Shown: in pieces, positions 8,645 to 17,798 of the stretch | How the letters are laid out: every line of letters starts with the position of its first letter | Position numbering within the stretch: the first letter of the stretch is position 1 | DNA from: a virus | Taxonomy: Duplodnaviria; Caudoviricetes | Reading direction: 5' to 3' (one strand) | Virus record (IMG/VR): IMGVR_UViG_3300036793_000047 | Span: 148 to 64,147 of that record | DNA length: 64,000 nt | The notes under the pieces: model-generated | Database searches by the model: none | Told to the model about the DNA's origin: nothing | What the model saw: the letters and a program-made list of their open reading frames with translations, nothing else | Program-made: the position numbers and the translations under genes

Positions 8645-8938
8645 CTACTCGTCAGTCGGCTGCTGCAGCCGTGGCCGGCCAACGCCGCGCTTAGTCGGCA
8701 GCCACGCAGCGATCGTCGACTCACGCCACTGCGGCGACTTCACCGGCGCTGTGCGCGTCGGCGTCTGCCGGATCTGCCGGACCTTGTAAGCGTCCGGCAT
8801 CGGCAGATCGCCGGGCTTAGGGTTCCGGCGTCGTTTCTTAGCCTGCGACAGCATCTTGCGCACAGTCAGCGCGTCAATCCCGGCAATCTCCGCGACCTCT
8901 TCCGGCCACAGCAGCCGGTCGTCAGCTTGTGTCGTCAT
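8645..8938 (-). CDS. AlpA/excisionase-like HTH DNA-binding protein
   Basis: LLWPEEVAEIAGIDALTVRKML...QWRESTIAAWL...RGVGRP; ATG 8938. Confidence 0.55.
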   Translation of the reverse strand: MTTQADDRLLWPEEVAEIAGIDALTVRKMLSQAKKRRRNPKPGDLPMPDAYKVRQIRQTPTRTAPVKSPQWRESTIAAWLPTKRGVGRPRLQQPTDE

Positions 8939-8980
8939 TGTTCTCAGTCCCCTCACTTTCTGCTGCCTCATGTGGCGCGA

Positions 8981-9006
8981 GCCGGCGCGAGTTACCCCGC
9001 GCCGGC
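8981..9006. terminator. GC hairpin downstream of the DUF932 gene
   Basis: GCCGGCGCG-8nt-CGCGCCGGC perfect 9-bp stem in an intergenic gap; no U-tract. Confidence 0.35.
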
Positions 9007-9056
9007 CCGCTCTCGATCTTGTCGACCCGATCACCCTCCGGGCCGGCACGATCGGC

Positions 9057-10400
9057 TCAGCTAGCTGCTGCCAGCTCCAGCACGCGCATCGCGCGGTTGT
9101 CCATCTCCCACGCCCTGTCGGGCGAGTCGACAGTCTGGCTGTAGCTCGTCACAGCGTTGACGACGCCGCCCGCGGTCATCTGCCCGCCGCGAATGAAGTG
9201 CGACAAGATGCCCGCAGCTTCGTCGTTCGTGAACCCGACAGTCTTCGCGACTTGCTTGATCGTCGCTTCAGCGTCAGCGACCGGCGCAGCTGCGAGCGCT
9301 TCGACCTTCTCGACAGCAGACGCGAGATAGCCGGGCGACAGGAACGCAGTCACAGCGTCACGCGCCTGCGCAGTGATCAGCGCTAGTTCCTTCTCTTGCG
9401 TGTCAGACGAGTAGTCGACGACGCCCTCGATCTGCTCGCTGCCCAAGTGGACTTTCTTGTCAGCGTCAGCGAGCATCGTCAGCCCGTTCTTGCAGATCTT
9501 GACGCGCATCTGCGGAGCGATCGAGCGAGCGCCGCCGCCGACGTCGCTGTTCGACACGACGAGCCCGGCCCACACGACCGGCTCGCTGCCCGGCGCGTAA
9601 CCCTGGCCCTCGCGTGCTGCAGCTGCGAGCGCAGCCGGGATGCTCCAGCCGCCGCCCTCGACGCCCATGCGCATGCCGGCCCGCTCGGGTGCGCCCGGCC
9701 CGTCGAACGGGTTGCGGTACCCGTCGAGCAGCTTCGGCGCGAGCATCGCGATCTGCGGCGCGTGGATCTTGACGTACATGCGCCGGTCGGACAGATCGCA
9801 CTGCGACACTTGCAGCTCGATCGGCTGCGAGCGCGCGATCGCGTCGCTGTCGTCCGGGTCCGGGGTCGTGCCCGTCTCAGGGTCGACGAGCACTTTCGAC
9901 GCCCCGTCGAGCACTGCGAGCAGCACGTCGAGATTGTCCATCCGCCTGTACTTCGGGCTCAGGAACGCGCGAGCGATGCCGGCGCTGCTGTCGTCGCCTT
10001 TCAGCAGACGCAGCAGGTACTTGCCGGACACGCCGGGGAAGGTGAAGTCAGGCGCCGGCGCTTTCGCGCTCGTGCCCCCGTGCAGCATGCCGTTAACGTT
10101 CGCGTCCCACAGATCGGGCCGGTTCTGCTGCATCCACTCGACGTACTGCGTCGGGATGCCCAGTTTTTCGCCCAGCAGCCGGTTGCACCACGTCGTGACG
10201 TTGTAAGCGCCGGCTGCTGACGTGACGCCGTCGTCGCTGACGAGCTGCGCAGCGTCGACGTCTGCGATGACGAGCTGCCCGTCGACTGCGCTGATCGCTG
10301 CAGCGTTGACGACGAGATCGAGCCGACGCACGCGCTGCTCCTGCAGCATCGTGACGATGCTCTCAAGGTCGGCGTTACGGGCTTGGGTCTGGATGGTCAT
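9057..10400 (-). CDS. DUF932 family protein
   Basis: GLVVSNSDVGGG...PQMRVKICKNGL motif; ATG 10400 preceded by GGAGAGAAGG (10407-10416). Confidence 0.65.
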   Translation of the reverse strand: MTIQTQARNADLESIVTMLQEQRVRRLDLVVNAAAISAVDGQLVIADVDAAQLVSDDGVTSAAGAYNVTTWCNRLLGEKLGIPTQYVEWMQQNRPDLWDANVNGMLHGGTSAKAPAPDFTFPGVSGKYLLRLLKGDDSSAGIARAFLSPKYRRMDNLDVLLAVLDGASKVLVDPETGTTPDPDDSDAIARSQPIELQVSQCDLSDRRMYVKIHAPQIAMLAPKLLDGYRNPFDGPGAPERAGMRMGVEGGGWSIPAALAAAAREGQGYAPGSEPVVWAGLVVSNSDVGGGARSIAPQMRVKICKNGLTMLADADKKVHLGSEQIEGVVDYSSDTQEKELALITAQARDAVTAFLSPGYLASAVEKVEALAAAPVADAEATIKQVAKTVGFTNDEAAGILSHFIRGGQMTAGGVVNAVTSYSQTVDSPDRAWEMDNRAMRVLELAAAS

Positions 10401-10436
10401 GCGGGTCCTTCTCTCCGTGTCGACCGGGATGACTTC

Positions 10437-10488
10437 CCGGTACGCGTACAGCATACCCTAGCGCGGGCAGATGTAAACGCGTACCCGG
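10437..10488 (-). promoter_or_regulatory. Promoter TTTACA-N16-TATGCT flanked by inverted GGTACGCGT sites
   Basis: -35 at 10477-10472, -10 at 10455-10450; GGTACGCGT at 10439-10447 and ACGCGTACC at 10477-10485. Confidence 0.55.
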
Positions 10489-10503
10489 TAAGCCCCGCGC
10501 AGC

Positions 10504-10863
10504 TCAGCTGCCGTTACCGCCCTCGATCGCGCGCAGCGGCATCCGGCCCGCTGCTTCGTCTTCAGCGTCCATCCGCGCAGTGCGCGCTGCCTCCAGCAGC
10601 TTGCGCGCTGCCTCAGCGTCGTCGTCGAACAGCGGCTCAATCCGCGACCAGCGCACGATGATCTGATGCGTGCCCTCGTCCGTGTTCAGCTTGTCGTACA
10701 GCCCGTAAAACTCGACGACAGCGAGCCGACGCTGCCCCGGATCCTTGACGAGCATGTCGACGATCGGCGTCAGCCCGTCGTTCCCTCCCGGCGGCTTGCT
10801 GCCCGCGAGATTCAGCTTGTTCTTCGGCCCGTCGTCTAGTTCGTCTGGCGTGTTCGGCATCAT
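10504..10863 (-). CDS. Hypothetical protein
   Basis: 119 aa, coupled to RuvC. Confidence 0.6.
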   Translation of the reverse strand: MMPNTPDELDDGPKNKLNLAGSKPPGGNDGLTPIVDMLVKDPGQRRLAVVEFYGLYDKLNTDEGTHQIIVRWSRIEPLFDDDAEAARKLLEAARTARMDAEDEAAGRMPLRAIEGGNGS

Positions 10864-11423
10864 GCGATCCTTCCCTGTAGGTACGGCCAGTCGATCACCG
10901 GCAGGCCGTAACGCTTGCCCTTCTTACTCACTGTCGCGTACAGCAGCGCGACACGATCTTTCGGCATCTCAGCGAGCGGACAGCCGTAGCGCTCACAGAC
11001 CATCGCCAGCAGCCACAGCGCGTCAGCTGCGTCCTCAGACGTGAACTCGACAGCCGGGAAGCGCTTAGCAGCTGCGAGCAGCACGTCAGGCTTCGGCGCG
11101 AGCCCGCTGCCCGTCGCAAATTTCTTCAGCGTCGCCGGCGGGATCGAGATGTACGGCACAGCGCGACGGTGCAGCTCGTGCGCGACAAGCCACCACAGCC
11201 CCGCCGTCTCGTGCTGATACTGCGTCCGCGAGTTGTACGACGGCCCCTCGATCGCGACGAGATCGCAGCCAGTCACGTAGTCAGCTGCGCCGCCGATCAG
11301 CCAGTTCAGCCGGGCATGCCCCTTGCGGTTCGTGCGCAGCTGCGTCGCCGCGATGCCGCCGTCGTCGAGCCGCGCCGCGCCGAGCGACGTCAGCGACAAG
11401 TCGAGCCCGCCGAACCTCAGCAT
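10860..11423 (-). CDS. ruvC: RuvC-like Holliday junction resolvase
   Basis: GLDLSLTSLG...VAIEGPSY...PPATLKKFATGSG.A.K...DAADALWL. Confidence 0.85.
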   Translation of the reverse strand: MLRFGGLDLSLTSLGAARLDDGGIAATQLRTNRKGHARLNWLIGGAADYVTGCDLVAIEGPSYNSRTQYQHETAGLWWLVAHELHRRAVPYISIPPATLKKFATGSGLAPKPDVLLAAAKRFPAVEFTSEDAADALWLLAMVCERYGCPLAEMPKDRVALLYATVSKKGKRYGLPVIDWPYLQGRIA

Positions 11424-12007
11424 CAGCCGGCCCACTCGACGAGCTGCGCGTCAGCTCGCTGCCGCAGCGGATGCACCGGCTCGCCAGACGCAGTCGAGCC
11501 GAGACAGAACAGCGGCGCAGCGCCGACCACCTGGCGCAGCAGCTCGACGACGTGCAGCCGCCGCGGGCGCAGCAGCGAGTGCGCGGCCCACTCACCCCAG
11601 CCGACGAGCACGAACCGCTCAGGATGCTGCCCGATCGAGTCAGCGATCACGCTGTCAGCTCGCTCGTCGACGCGCTCATCCCGCGAGTGCGACAGCAGAT
11701 CTCTCGGCTGCGTCGCGCGCAGCGTGAACAGGTTCAGCGCTTGCGCCGCGGAGCAGCCCTCGCGCCGGGCGTAGCCGCAGACGCGTCGCCATGTCGCGTC
11801 AGACGACAGCGCGTCAGCTGTCGACGGGTTCAGCATCACAGCTGTCAGCGTCCGGCCATCGCCACCCGGCCAGTCGTTCAGCAGCAGCAGACGATGACGC
11901 AAGTCGGGGCTCAGCAGCGCGAGGCTGTGCCGGTAGCCGTCGACTGCGCGCTGCCGGATCAGCCCGTTCGCGAGCCGGTCGTCGGGCTCAACGGTGTGTG
12001 ACGTCAC
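11423..12007 (-). CDS. DUF1643 family protein
   Basis: VMLNPSTAD...D.TWRRV...NLFTLRATQP..L...VGWG...LG.T..G.PVHPL; GTG 12007 preceded by GGAGAGAAGG. Confidence 0.75.
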   Translation of the reverse strand: MTSHTVEPDDRLANGLIRQRAVDGYRHSLALLSPDLRHRLLLLNDWPGGDGRTLTAVMLNPSTADALSSDATWRRVCGYARREGCSAAQALNLFTLRATQPRDLLSHSRDERVDERADSVIADSIGQHPERFVLVGWGEWAAHSLLRPRRLHVVELLRQVVGAAPLFCLGSTASGEPVHPLRQRADAQLVEWAG

Positions 12008-12029
12008 GGGGGTCCTTCTCTCCATTTCA

Positions 12030-12340
12030 GTACGTGTTCCCGCAGCTTACAGCGCGACACGCTGATGCGCGCGTATGAGTTGACACGCTGCAGTTGTGTC
12101 GCTTAGATCTCGTTACACTCCCCCTAGGTTGTTGAGACTGCCGTTAACCCACTGATCGGGGGCGTTAGCCCCCCGGATCGAGTAACTGCAGTCAGTAACG
12201 TGCGGGTAGTAGAGAACAGCGACGGTCACACGTCTGATCACACGTCGCAGACAGCGAAAACACACGCTCAGCAGCGCTGACGCGCTGAGCAGACGCAGCA
12301 TCTGTGATCTCGCGACGATCACGCATCTGATCACGCGTTT
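12030..12340. promoter_or_regulatory. Non-coding region with iteron-like repeats, candidate replication origin
   Basis: 24-bp imperfect direct repeats at 12221-12244 and 12314-12337 (20/24 identical), each an internal 12-bp tandem; GACACGCTG twice; abuts the 3' end of the helicase gene. Confidence 0.35.
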
Positions 12341-13491
12341 ACCTCGTCCCCGATCGTCCCCTCGGGCCACCCGCTGCCACGGCTCGGGTCGTCGGGCGGC
12401 GGCACTTCGTCGAGAATCGTCGCGCCAGGTTTGAACCACAGCACGTCGCGCCCGTGCTGCACTCGATCAGCGACGCCGCGCTCAGCGAGCGCGCCCATGA
12501 TCCGGCTGACAGTCTCGCGCTTGTACCCCGGCGGCCCGTATCTTGATACGACCCGGTCGACGAGCTGTGTCCCCGTCGACGGCTGCTCAGTGAGCACGCT
12601 GAGCAGCTTCTCGGCAGCCGGCGACAGCCCGCTGCCGCTGCCCGACTCTTCCGCTGCAGTCGACTTCGTGAATTTCAGATCGAGCAGCGGCTGCGGCACG
12701 ACACGCACCGACCAGTAACGATGCAGGCAGCCAAAGCGATCTTTCGCGACAGTCAGGTTCACCATGCCCTCTTGGGTCCGGCTGAACGGACGCACCGGCC
12801 ACGCCTTGATCCCGACCTCGCCGGCTGACAGCTTCGCGCCCGTGCCCCGCGAGTAGCGCGACTGTTTCTCACTCTTAGTGTCGTGGTCGATCACGAGCGC
12901 AGCTGAGCCGAACTGCCGGGCGATCGGCCGGACGTTGCTCTTGACGAAACGAGTGACAGCGCCGGGGTCATTCTCGTCGACGTTCGCAGCTGACAAGATC
13001 TCAGCGAACGAGTCGACGATCGTCAGCTTGGGCTGTCGCTGCGTCAGTACGTCAGCGAGCCGGGAACGGTCGCCCGGCGTCCAGCGCAGCTCAGCGTCCT
13101 CGAAGTACACGAAGCGCTCGTCGATCAGCTCGGGCTCAGCGCCCATCGAGTTGAACAAGTCAGCGACTTGTCGCCGGCCCGTTTCCTCGTCGATCATCAG
13201 CACGCAACTGCCGCCGCGCATCGCTCGCAGCGCGAGCCAGAGCGCGAGCACTGTCTTAGCTGATTCGGGCGGGCCGGATAGCAGATGCACAGTCCGGCCG
13301 TACAGCAGGTTAGCGACGACTTTGGGTGGCGGCAGTTTCTTGCGCATGACTGAGCCCAGGTCGACGGGCTGCAGCGGTGCGTGCTCGGGCGCATGCCCGT
13401 TCAGCGCTGCAGGCGGCGGGGCCTCGGGTTCGTACAGATCGCTGAGCGGGCCGGGTGGCATGTCGTGCAGTGCGTCGCTGACATCACTCAC
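12331..13491 (-). CDS. RepA/DnaB-like AAA (AAA_25) replicative helicase with C-terminal winged helix
   Basis: Walker A SGPPESAKT, Walker B LTIVDS, VIDHDTK, RGTGAK, KDRFG; GTG 13491 overlaps the upstream stop. Confidence 0.75.
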   Translation of the reverse strand: MSDVSDALHDMPPGPLSDLYEPEAPPPAALNGHAPEHAPLQPVDLGSVMRKKLPPPKVVANLLYGRTVHLLSGPPESAKTVLALWLALRAMRGGSCVLMIDEETGRRQVADLFNSMGAEPELIDERFVYFEDAELRWTPGDRSRLADVLTQRQPKLTIVDSFAEILSAANVDENDPGAVTRFVKSNVRPIARQFGSAALVIDHDTKSEKQSRYSRGTGAKLSAGEVGIKAWPVRPFSRTQEGMVNLTVAKDRFGCLHRYWSVRVVPQPLLDLKFTKSTAAEESGSGSGLSPAAEKLLSVLTEQPSTGTQLVDRVVSRYGPPGYKRETVSRIMGALAERGVADRVQHGRDVLWFKPGATILDEVPPPDDPSRGSGWPEGTIGDEVNA

Positions 13492-13886
13492 CACGACTGC
13501 ACCGGCCCGCCCGCATAGTCGCTGCGCCGCGGGAGTCGAGCGAGCCAGCGTCGTTCTTGCTGACTCGTCATGTCGGCCGGGACTTCGCCGGCCCATCCGT
13601 CCGGCGCGTACCGGCGTATCTGCAGCTGCCGGAATGGCGGGGTGCTGATCTGGGGCAGCAGATGATCGCACGCTCGGCGCTGCGCTGCTGCGACTCGTGC
13701 GAGCGTCGAGCGCGTGCCGTCTTCGCGGCCGGCGTGATAGCCGCGAGCGAAGCCCTGGCGCTCAGCGTCGAGCACTCGCTGCAGCCAAGCGCTGCGCTCG
13801 TCTGACAGAGCGATGACGTCGTCGCGAGTCCACCGTCGCATGCGTCTGCTAGTTGTGCGGTTCCGGGGCGGGTTAGGTATCGTCAT
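13488..13886 (-). CDS. Hypothetical protein, first gene of the leftward arm
   Basis: 132 aa, divergent from 14127. Confidence 0.55.
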   Translation of the reverse strand: MTIPNPPRNRTTSRRMRRWTRDDVIALSDERSAWLQRVLDAERQGFARGYHAGREDGTRSTLARVAAAQRRACDHLLPQISTPPFRQLQIRRYAPDGWAGEVPADMTSQQERRWLARLPRRSDYAGGPVQSW

Positions 13887-13887
13887 G

Positions 13888-14117
13888 TCTGATCCGGCGC
13901 CTTCCGTGGCAAGAGCTTCGGATCAGCGGCCCCCGGCCTCGGCAGCTGGGGGTCGCTGCTTGTCACTGGTCGTGTCTCGACACGATAGCGCCGACTCGCC
14001 TTTTCTCGCGAATACGCCAAGAAATCGTCGCGCCCTTGTCTCCTAAGCGTTTCCGCACTGCTAATATTGGGTATGAGTAGAGCGTTAAACAGCACAGATC
14101 GCGACCCGGAGAGAAGC
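13888..14117. promoter_or_regulatory. Divergent control region between the leftward and rightward early arms
   Basis: AT-richer gap; operator-like palindrome TCGTGTC-TC-GACACGA (13970-13985); hairpins CTGATCCG/CGGATCAG and GCGGCCCCC/GGGGGTCGC; GGAGAGAAGC at 14108. Confidence 0.45.
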
Positions 14118-14126
14118 GAGCGAGAC

Positions 14127-14651
14127 ATGACGAGCAGCCCGGCCCTCAGCGCCACGCAGACCGCTGACGCAGCGCCCGTGAACGACGACAGCGCGCTGAC
14201 GCTCGTCGCGCCTCAGCCGTCCTCAGACGTACAGCAAATCGGTACGCGTAGCAGCCAGCTGCCCGAGAAAGATGACGAGCAGTACGCGACGATGATGCGT
14301 CGCTGTCTTCGCGCCTACGGCAAGCGTGTCGTCGCGTCAGACGCGTCAGTGCTCGCAGATCTCGCAGCGCTTCGCGATCTGCTCGACGAAGTGACCGGCC
14401 GCGCAGCTCGCACTCTCAACGCAGACGGCGTGTCCTGGTCGCAGATCGGGCTAGAGCTGAACGTCACGAAGTCAGCAGCGTTTCAGCGTTACGGGAAGGG
14501 CGAGACGGGCGGGTTCGACGTCGAGCAGCCCGGCCGGTACTGCGACGCGCATCGTCGTTACGAGTGCACGAGCAGCAAGCGCAACGGTGACGACTGTCAC
14601 GCCCCTGCAGTGTTCGCGACAGCGCACTGCCCGCACCACGCAGCGAAGTGA
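14127..14651 (+). CDS. HTH transcriptional regulator with C-terminal Cys/His Zn-binding domain
   Basis: GVSWSQIGLELNVTKSAAFQRYG HTH; C-x6-NGDDC...CPHH tail; first rightward gene. Confidence 0.7.
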   Translation: MTSSPALSATQTADAAPVNDDSALTLVAPQPSSDVQQIGTRSSQLPEKDDEQYATMMRRCLRAYGKRVVASDASVLADLAALRDLLDEVTGRAARTLNADGVSWSQIGLELNVTKSAAFQRYGKGETGGFDVEQPGRYCDAHRRYECTSSKRNGDDCHAPAVFATAHCPHHAAK

Positions 14652-14983
14652 GAGCAGACATGAACAACGCGATCGCAGTCGGAGAGATCGTCACAGTCGA
14701 CGAGCAACAAGTGCGCATCGAGCAGCTGAGCGAGCTGCCCGGCCGCGCGTACGTCATGCCGCTTAAGTACAGCGACGAGCGCGACGGGCTCGTGCGCGCC
14801 GGGCGCTCGTTTTGGGCCGACATCGTCGTCGACGAGAGCGAGTCGACGTGGGACGCGCAAATGCAGCTCGTCGACGAGCTAGCGACGAAGCTGCGCGCAG
14901 CAGTCGACGTAGCGCGCGCAGCCGGGCTCGACGCGCAGTGGATTTACGACGCTGTCGATCAGCTTCGCGACGAGCTGTCATGA
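14648..14983 (+). CDS. Hypothetical protein
   Basis: 111 aa, GTGA coupling. Confidence 0.6.
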   Translation: MRADMNNAIAVGEIVTVDEQQVRIEQLSELPGRAYVMPLKYSDERDGLVRAGRSFWADIVVDESESTWDAQMQLVDELATKLRAAVDVARAAGLDAQWIYDAVDQLRDELS

Positions 14984-15327
14984 GCAGCATGCTCGCGTCG
15001 AGCTGCACGTGCGCTGCTGTGTGGGCAGGGTCGGGCAAGCGCCCGCTCTGCTCGCTCAGCGGGCACGAGACAGTGTGCCCGGCGTGCGGGTACAACCTGC
15101 CCTATCACGCGACGTACTGCGACGAGCGCCAGATCTCGCCGCTAGAGCTGCGCGTCGAAGTCGCGAACATGAGCGACAGCATGAGTAACGAGCGCTGCGC
15201 TGACTGCGACGGGCGCATCGGCGGCGGCAAGTGCAAGATCTCTGCCGGGCAGATCGTGCATCGCGACGCTGCGATCTGCGCGTCAGTGCGCCAGGAACGC
15301 GCTTACTACGCACGCGAGGGGAGGTGA
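14980..15327 (+). CDS. Cys-rich hypothetical protein
   Basis: ATG 14980 coupled; CPAC, CADC. Confidence 0.55.
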   Translation: MSSMLASSCTCAAVWAGSGKRPLCSLSGHETVCPACGYNLPYHATYCDERQISPLELRVEVANMSDSMSNERCADCDGRIGGGKCKISAGQIVHRDAAICASVRQERAYYAREGR

Positions 15328-15332
15328 GCGAC

Positions 15333-15539
15333 ATGACGAACAGCATCACGCTGACGATCGCGCTCGACGCGGAGCTGAGCCGGTACGACGTGCTTGACCG
15401 GCGAGACGAGATCGTCGACAAGCTGGCCGAGCTGGGCATCAGAGTGTCAGCTTGGGTCGGCGCAGACGTGTACCTCGCAGACGCGGGCTCGGCGGCGACG
15501 ACGGCCGCTACTGGCGCAGCGTCGACAGCTCGCGCATGA
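15333..15539 (+). CDS. Small hypothetical protein
   Basis: ATG 15333 after GGAGG; 68 aa. Confidence 0.55.
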   Translation: MTNSITLTIALDAELSRYDVLDRRDEIVDKLAELGIRVSAWVGADVYLADAGSAATTAATGAASTARA

Positions 15540-15593
15540 CTGTCGTCGACGTCGCGCGCATCACAGTCGCGCCCGAGTGACGCGCTGACAGAC

Positions 15594-15804
15594 GTCCGGC
15601 CGGCTCCCGTCTTCCCCGAGAGCCGGCCGGACCGATCCCCAATCTGCTGCCACGCAGCCCCGAGCATAACGAGCGCCCCCGATCGAGCGGAACGATCGGG
15701 GGCGCTTCGGCGTGTCTGTGAGATCTTCCACGGCGCGCGCACCCGACACAGGGTGAATGGTCGGGCGCGCGCCCGCTGGAGAGAAGGAGTCGCGAGAACG
15801 CGAC
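15594..15804 (+). ncRNA. Cluster of four strong stem-loops (terminator array or candidate sRNA)
   Basis: Perfect 13-bp stem 15594-15632; perfect 14-bp stem 15672-15706; 14-bp stem with a 2-nt bulge 15732-15773; 6-bp stem 15789-15804. Confidence 0.4.
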
Positions 15805-15865
15805 CCGATCTGAGCGCCATGTTACCGCACGTCACAGCTGCAGCCGATAGGGCGGGCCTGCTGCT

Positions 15866-15910
15866 TTGTCAGACGAGCGCGCTACGGTAACGTATTGCTT
15901 GGAGAGAAGG
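15866..15910 (+). promoter_or_regulatory. Promoter TTGTCA-N16-TAACGT plus GGAGAGAAGG start-associated motif
   Basis: -35 at 15866-15871, -10 at 15888-15893, motif at 15901-15910. Confidence 0.55.
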
Positions 15911-15919
15911 AGGCACGAC

Positions 15920-16339
15920 ATGGCGAAACCCGCCCATGACCGCTCACAGCCGGACAGTCCCGTGCTCGCAGCTAGCTACGATTCCGAGCTGGACGCAGAC
16001 CCGGATCGCGCAGCAGTCATCGACCCAGCCGACGAGATCGACTCTGCAGCTCTCGCACCCGTCGAGACGATCGAGGGCATCTGGCGCGATTACGAGCTGA
16101 TCGTGCGGAACGAGGACGCACTGTACGACGGCGCGCTGACCGACGCGAACGCGCTGCGACAGTCGACGACTAACCAGGCTCGCGATGCGTTCGTCGCCGC
16201 GACGGTCGAAGCTGACCGGCTGTACGCAGCTGCAGCAGACGGAGCGGAGCAGGCGCGCCGGGCAGCTGTCGCAGCTGCTCGCACGACCCGCGATCGCCGC
16301 ATCGACGACGTGCTGCACTCGATCGGCTCGACGCGATGA
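15920..16339 (+). CDS. Acidic/helical hypothetical protein
   Basis: ATG 15920 with a strong RBS; 139 aa. Confidence 0.65.
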   Translation: MAKPAHDRSQPDSPVLAASYDSELDADPDRAAVIDPADEIDSAALAPVETIEGIWRDYELIVRNEDALYDGALTDANALRQSTTNQARDAFVAATVEADRLYAAAADGAEQARRAAVAAARTTRDRRIDDVLHSIGSTR

Positions 16340-17409
16340 GCGTCGAGATCGCTGACCCGATGCTGCAGCTCCACTCCGAATACGAGCCGCGCTGCGTGCA
16401 GATCATGTCTCAGGATGAGATCGACCACGACCGCGGGGGATGGCTCGCAGCTCGTCGCGGCAACGACGAGACGGGCTGGGTGCTGACAGCGTCAGAGATG
16501 TCCGCTGTTATCGGCATCGCGCCCGGCGAGCACAGCTCAGCGTTCGACCTGTACCACGCGAAGCTGACCGGCGAAGACTCGTTCACCGGCAACGACCGCA
16601 CTGAGCTGGGGCTGTATCTGGAGAACAGGACAGCTGCGAAGTTTGCTGCGATGCATCCCGAGCTCCTGCTCGGTCCCGGCGGGTTGTATGCGTCGAAGCG
16701 CTGGCCGTGGCTGCGCGCGACGTTCGACCGCATCGCGCATGACGTGCGCTTCGTGCAGTGGCCGGACGGCGAGACAGGCGAGTCGTATGAGCCAGCCGGG
16801 CCGGTGCAGCTCAAGAGCTGGGCGGGTTCGCGCGGCGAGTTCGGAGACGAGCACAGCGCGCAGATGCCGCCGTACTATCGCGTGCAGCTGCTCGTCGAAA
16901 TGGCTGTACTCGGCACTGACACAGCGTGGCTGCCCGTGCAGTTCCTGCCGTCCGGCAAAGTCGTCACGATGCTGATCGAGCGCGACGGTGCTGTCGAGCA
17001 GCAGATCGAAGCGCTCATCGAAGCCGGCGACGAATTCCGGCAGATGCTCGTCGACCGCCGCGAACCCGCAGTCGACTGGTCGCCGGCGACAGCTGCGCGG
17101 CTGCAGCAGCTCTACCCGCTAGAGCGCAGGACAGTGCGCGTGCCTGTCTCACTCGCTCGTCGCTGGAAAGCAGCGAAGCGAGCCGAGGACCGGGCTAAGC
17201 GTCTTGTCAGCCAGTGCAAAAACGAGCTGCGCAACCGCGCGCAGGGCGCTGACACGATCGTGGCGCACGACCCGACGACCGGCACTGAGCGAGTCGTCGT
17301 CAAACGCACGGGCGGCCCGAAGGCCGGGTACACAGTCGCGCCGCAGCCGTTCGTCGAGACGATGCGACAGGGTGACTGGGGCACGCCTCCGAAGGAGACG
17401 AAGCGATGA
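16336..17409 (+). CDS. YqaJ-like (lambda-exonuclease/RecE family) recombination exonuclease
   Basis: WLAARRG...TASEMSAVIG...DLYHAK...LGLYLE...WLRATFDRI...QLK; upstream of RecT. Confidence 0.85.
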   Translation: MSVEIADPMLQLHSEYEPRCVQIMSQDEIDHDRGGWLAARRGNDETGWVLTASEMSAVIGIAPGEHSSAFDLYHAKLTGEDSFTGNDRTELGLYLENRTAAKFAAMHPELLLGPGGLYASKRWPWLRATFDRIAHDVRFVQWPDGETGESYEPAGPVQLKSWAGSRGEFGDEHSAQMPPYYRVQLLVEMAVLGTDTAWLPVQFLPSGKVVTMLIERDGAVEQQIEALIEAGDEFRQMLVDRREPAVDWSPATAARLQQLYPLERRTVRVPVSLARRWKAAKRAEDRAKRLVSQCKNELRNRAQGADTIVAHDPTTGTERVVVKRTGGPKAGYTVAPQPFVETMRQGDWGTPPKETKR

Positions 17410-17798
17410 GCGCTGAGTACAGCCCGACTGATCCGGTCGTCGTCGACGAGCTGGCGCACCGGGGCGTCGCGCTGCGCTGGACTGACAGCGGCGATCTCGT
17501 CGTGCAGCTCGCCGGCCCGTCGACTGTCGAGGTCGCAGCCGTCTGCTGGGACATGCTCAGCCGGTTCGCTGCGACCGGGTCCGGCCACGCGGCGCGTGTC
17601 GGCCAGGTGCAGATCACGAAGTGGCGCGCGGTGCTGGAGCAGTCTGAGCCGCACATGCTCGTCGCTGAGGGCGCCGGCCCGCTGCTCGATCCTGACTGCC
17701 GCGACGGCAAGCACACGAGCTGCATCGGCGATCCGTGCGAGTGCACGAGCGGGCCGGAAGGCGCGCACTGCTGGACGGAGGCGCACCGTGTCATCTGA
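17406..17798 (+). CDS. Hypothetical protein with C-terminal Cys cluster
   Basis: 130 aa; DCRDGKHTSC...CEC. Confidence 0.55.
   Translation: MSAEYSPTDPVVVDELAHRGVALRWTDSGDLVVQLAGPSTVEVAAVCWDMLSRFAATGSGHAARVGQVQITKWRAVLEQSEPHMLVAEGAGPLLDPDCRDGKHTSCIGDPCECTSGPEGAHCWTEAHRVI

Noticed and set aside
12080-12109. TTGACA promoter on the plus strand
   Set aside because: No TANNNT hexamer at 16-18 bp spacing and no plus-strand gene downstream.
12113-12439. 108-aa minus-strand ORF; also 13883..14155 (-) and 23652..23963 (+)
   Set aside because: These overlap regulatory or repeat regions or better-supported genes, lack an RBS, and have non-protein-like translations.
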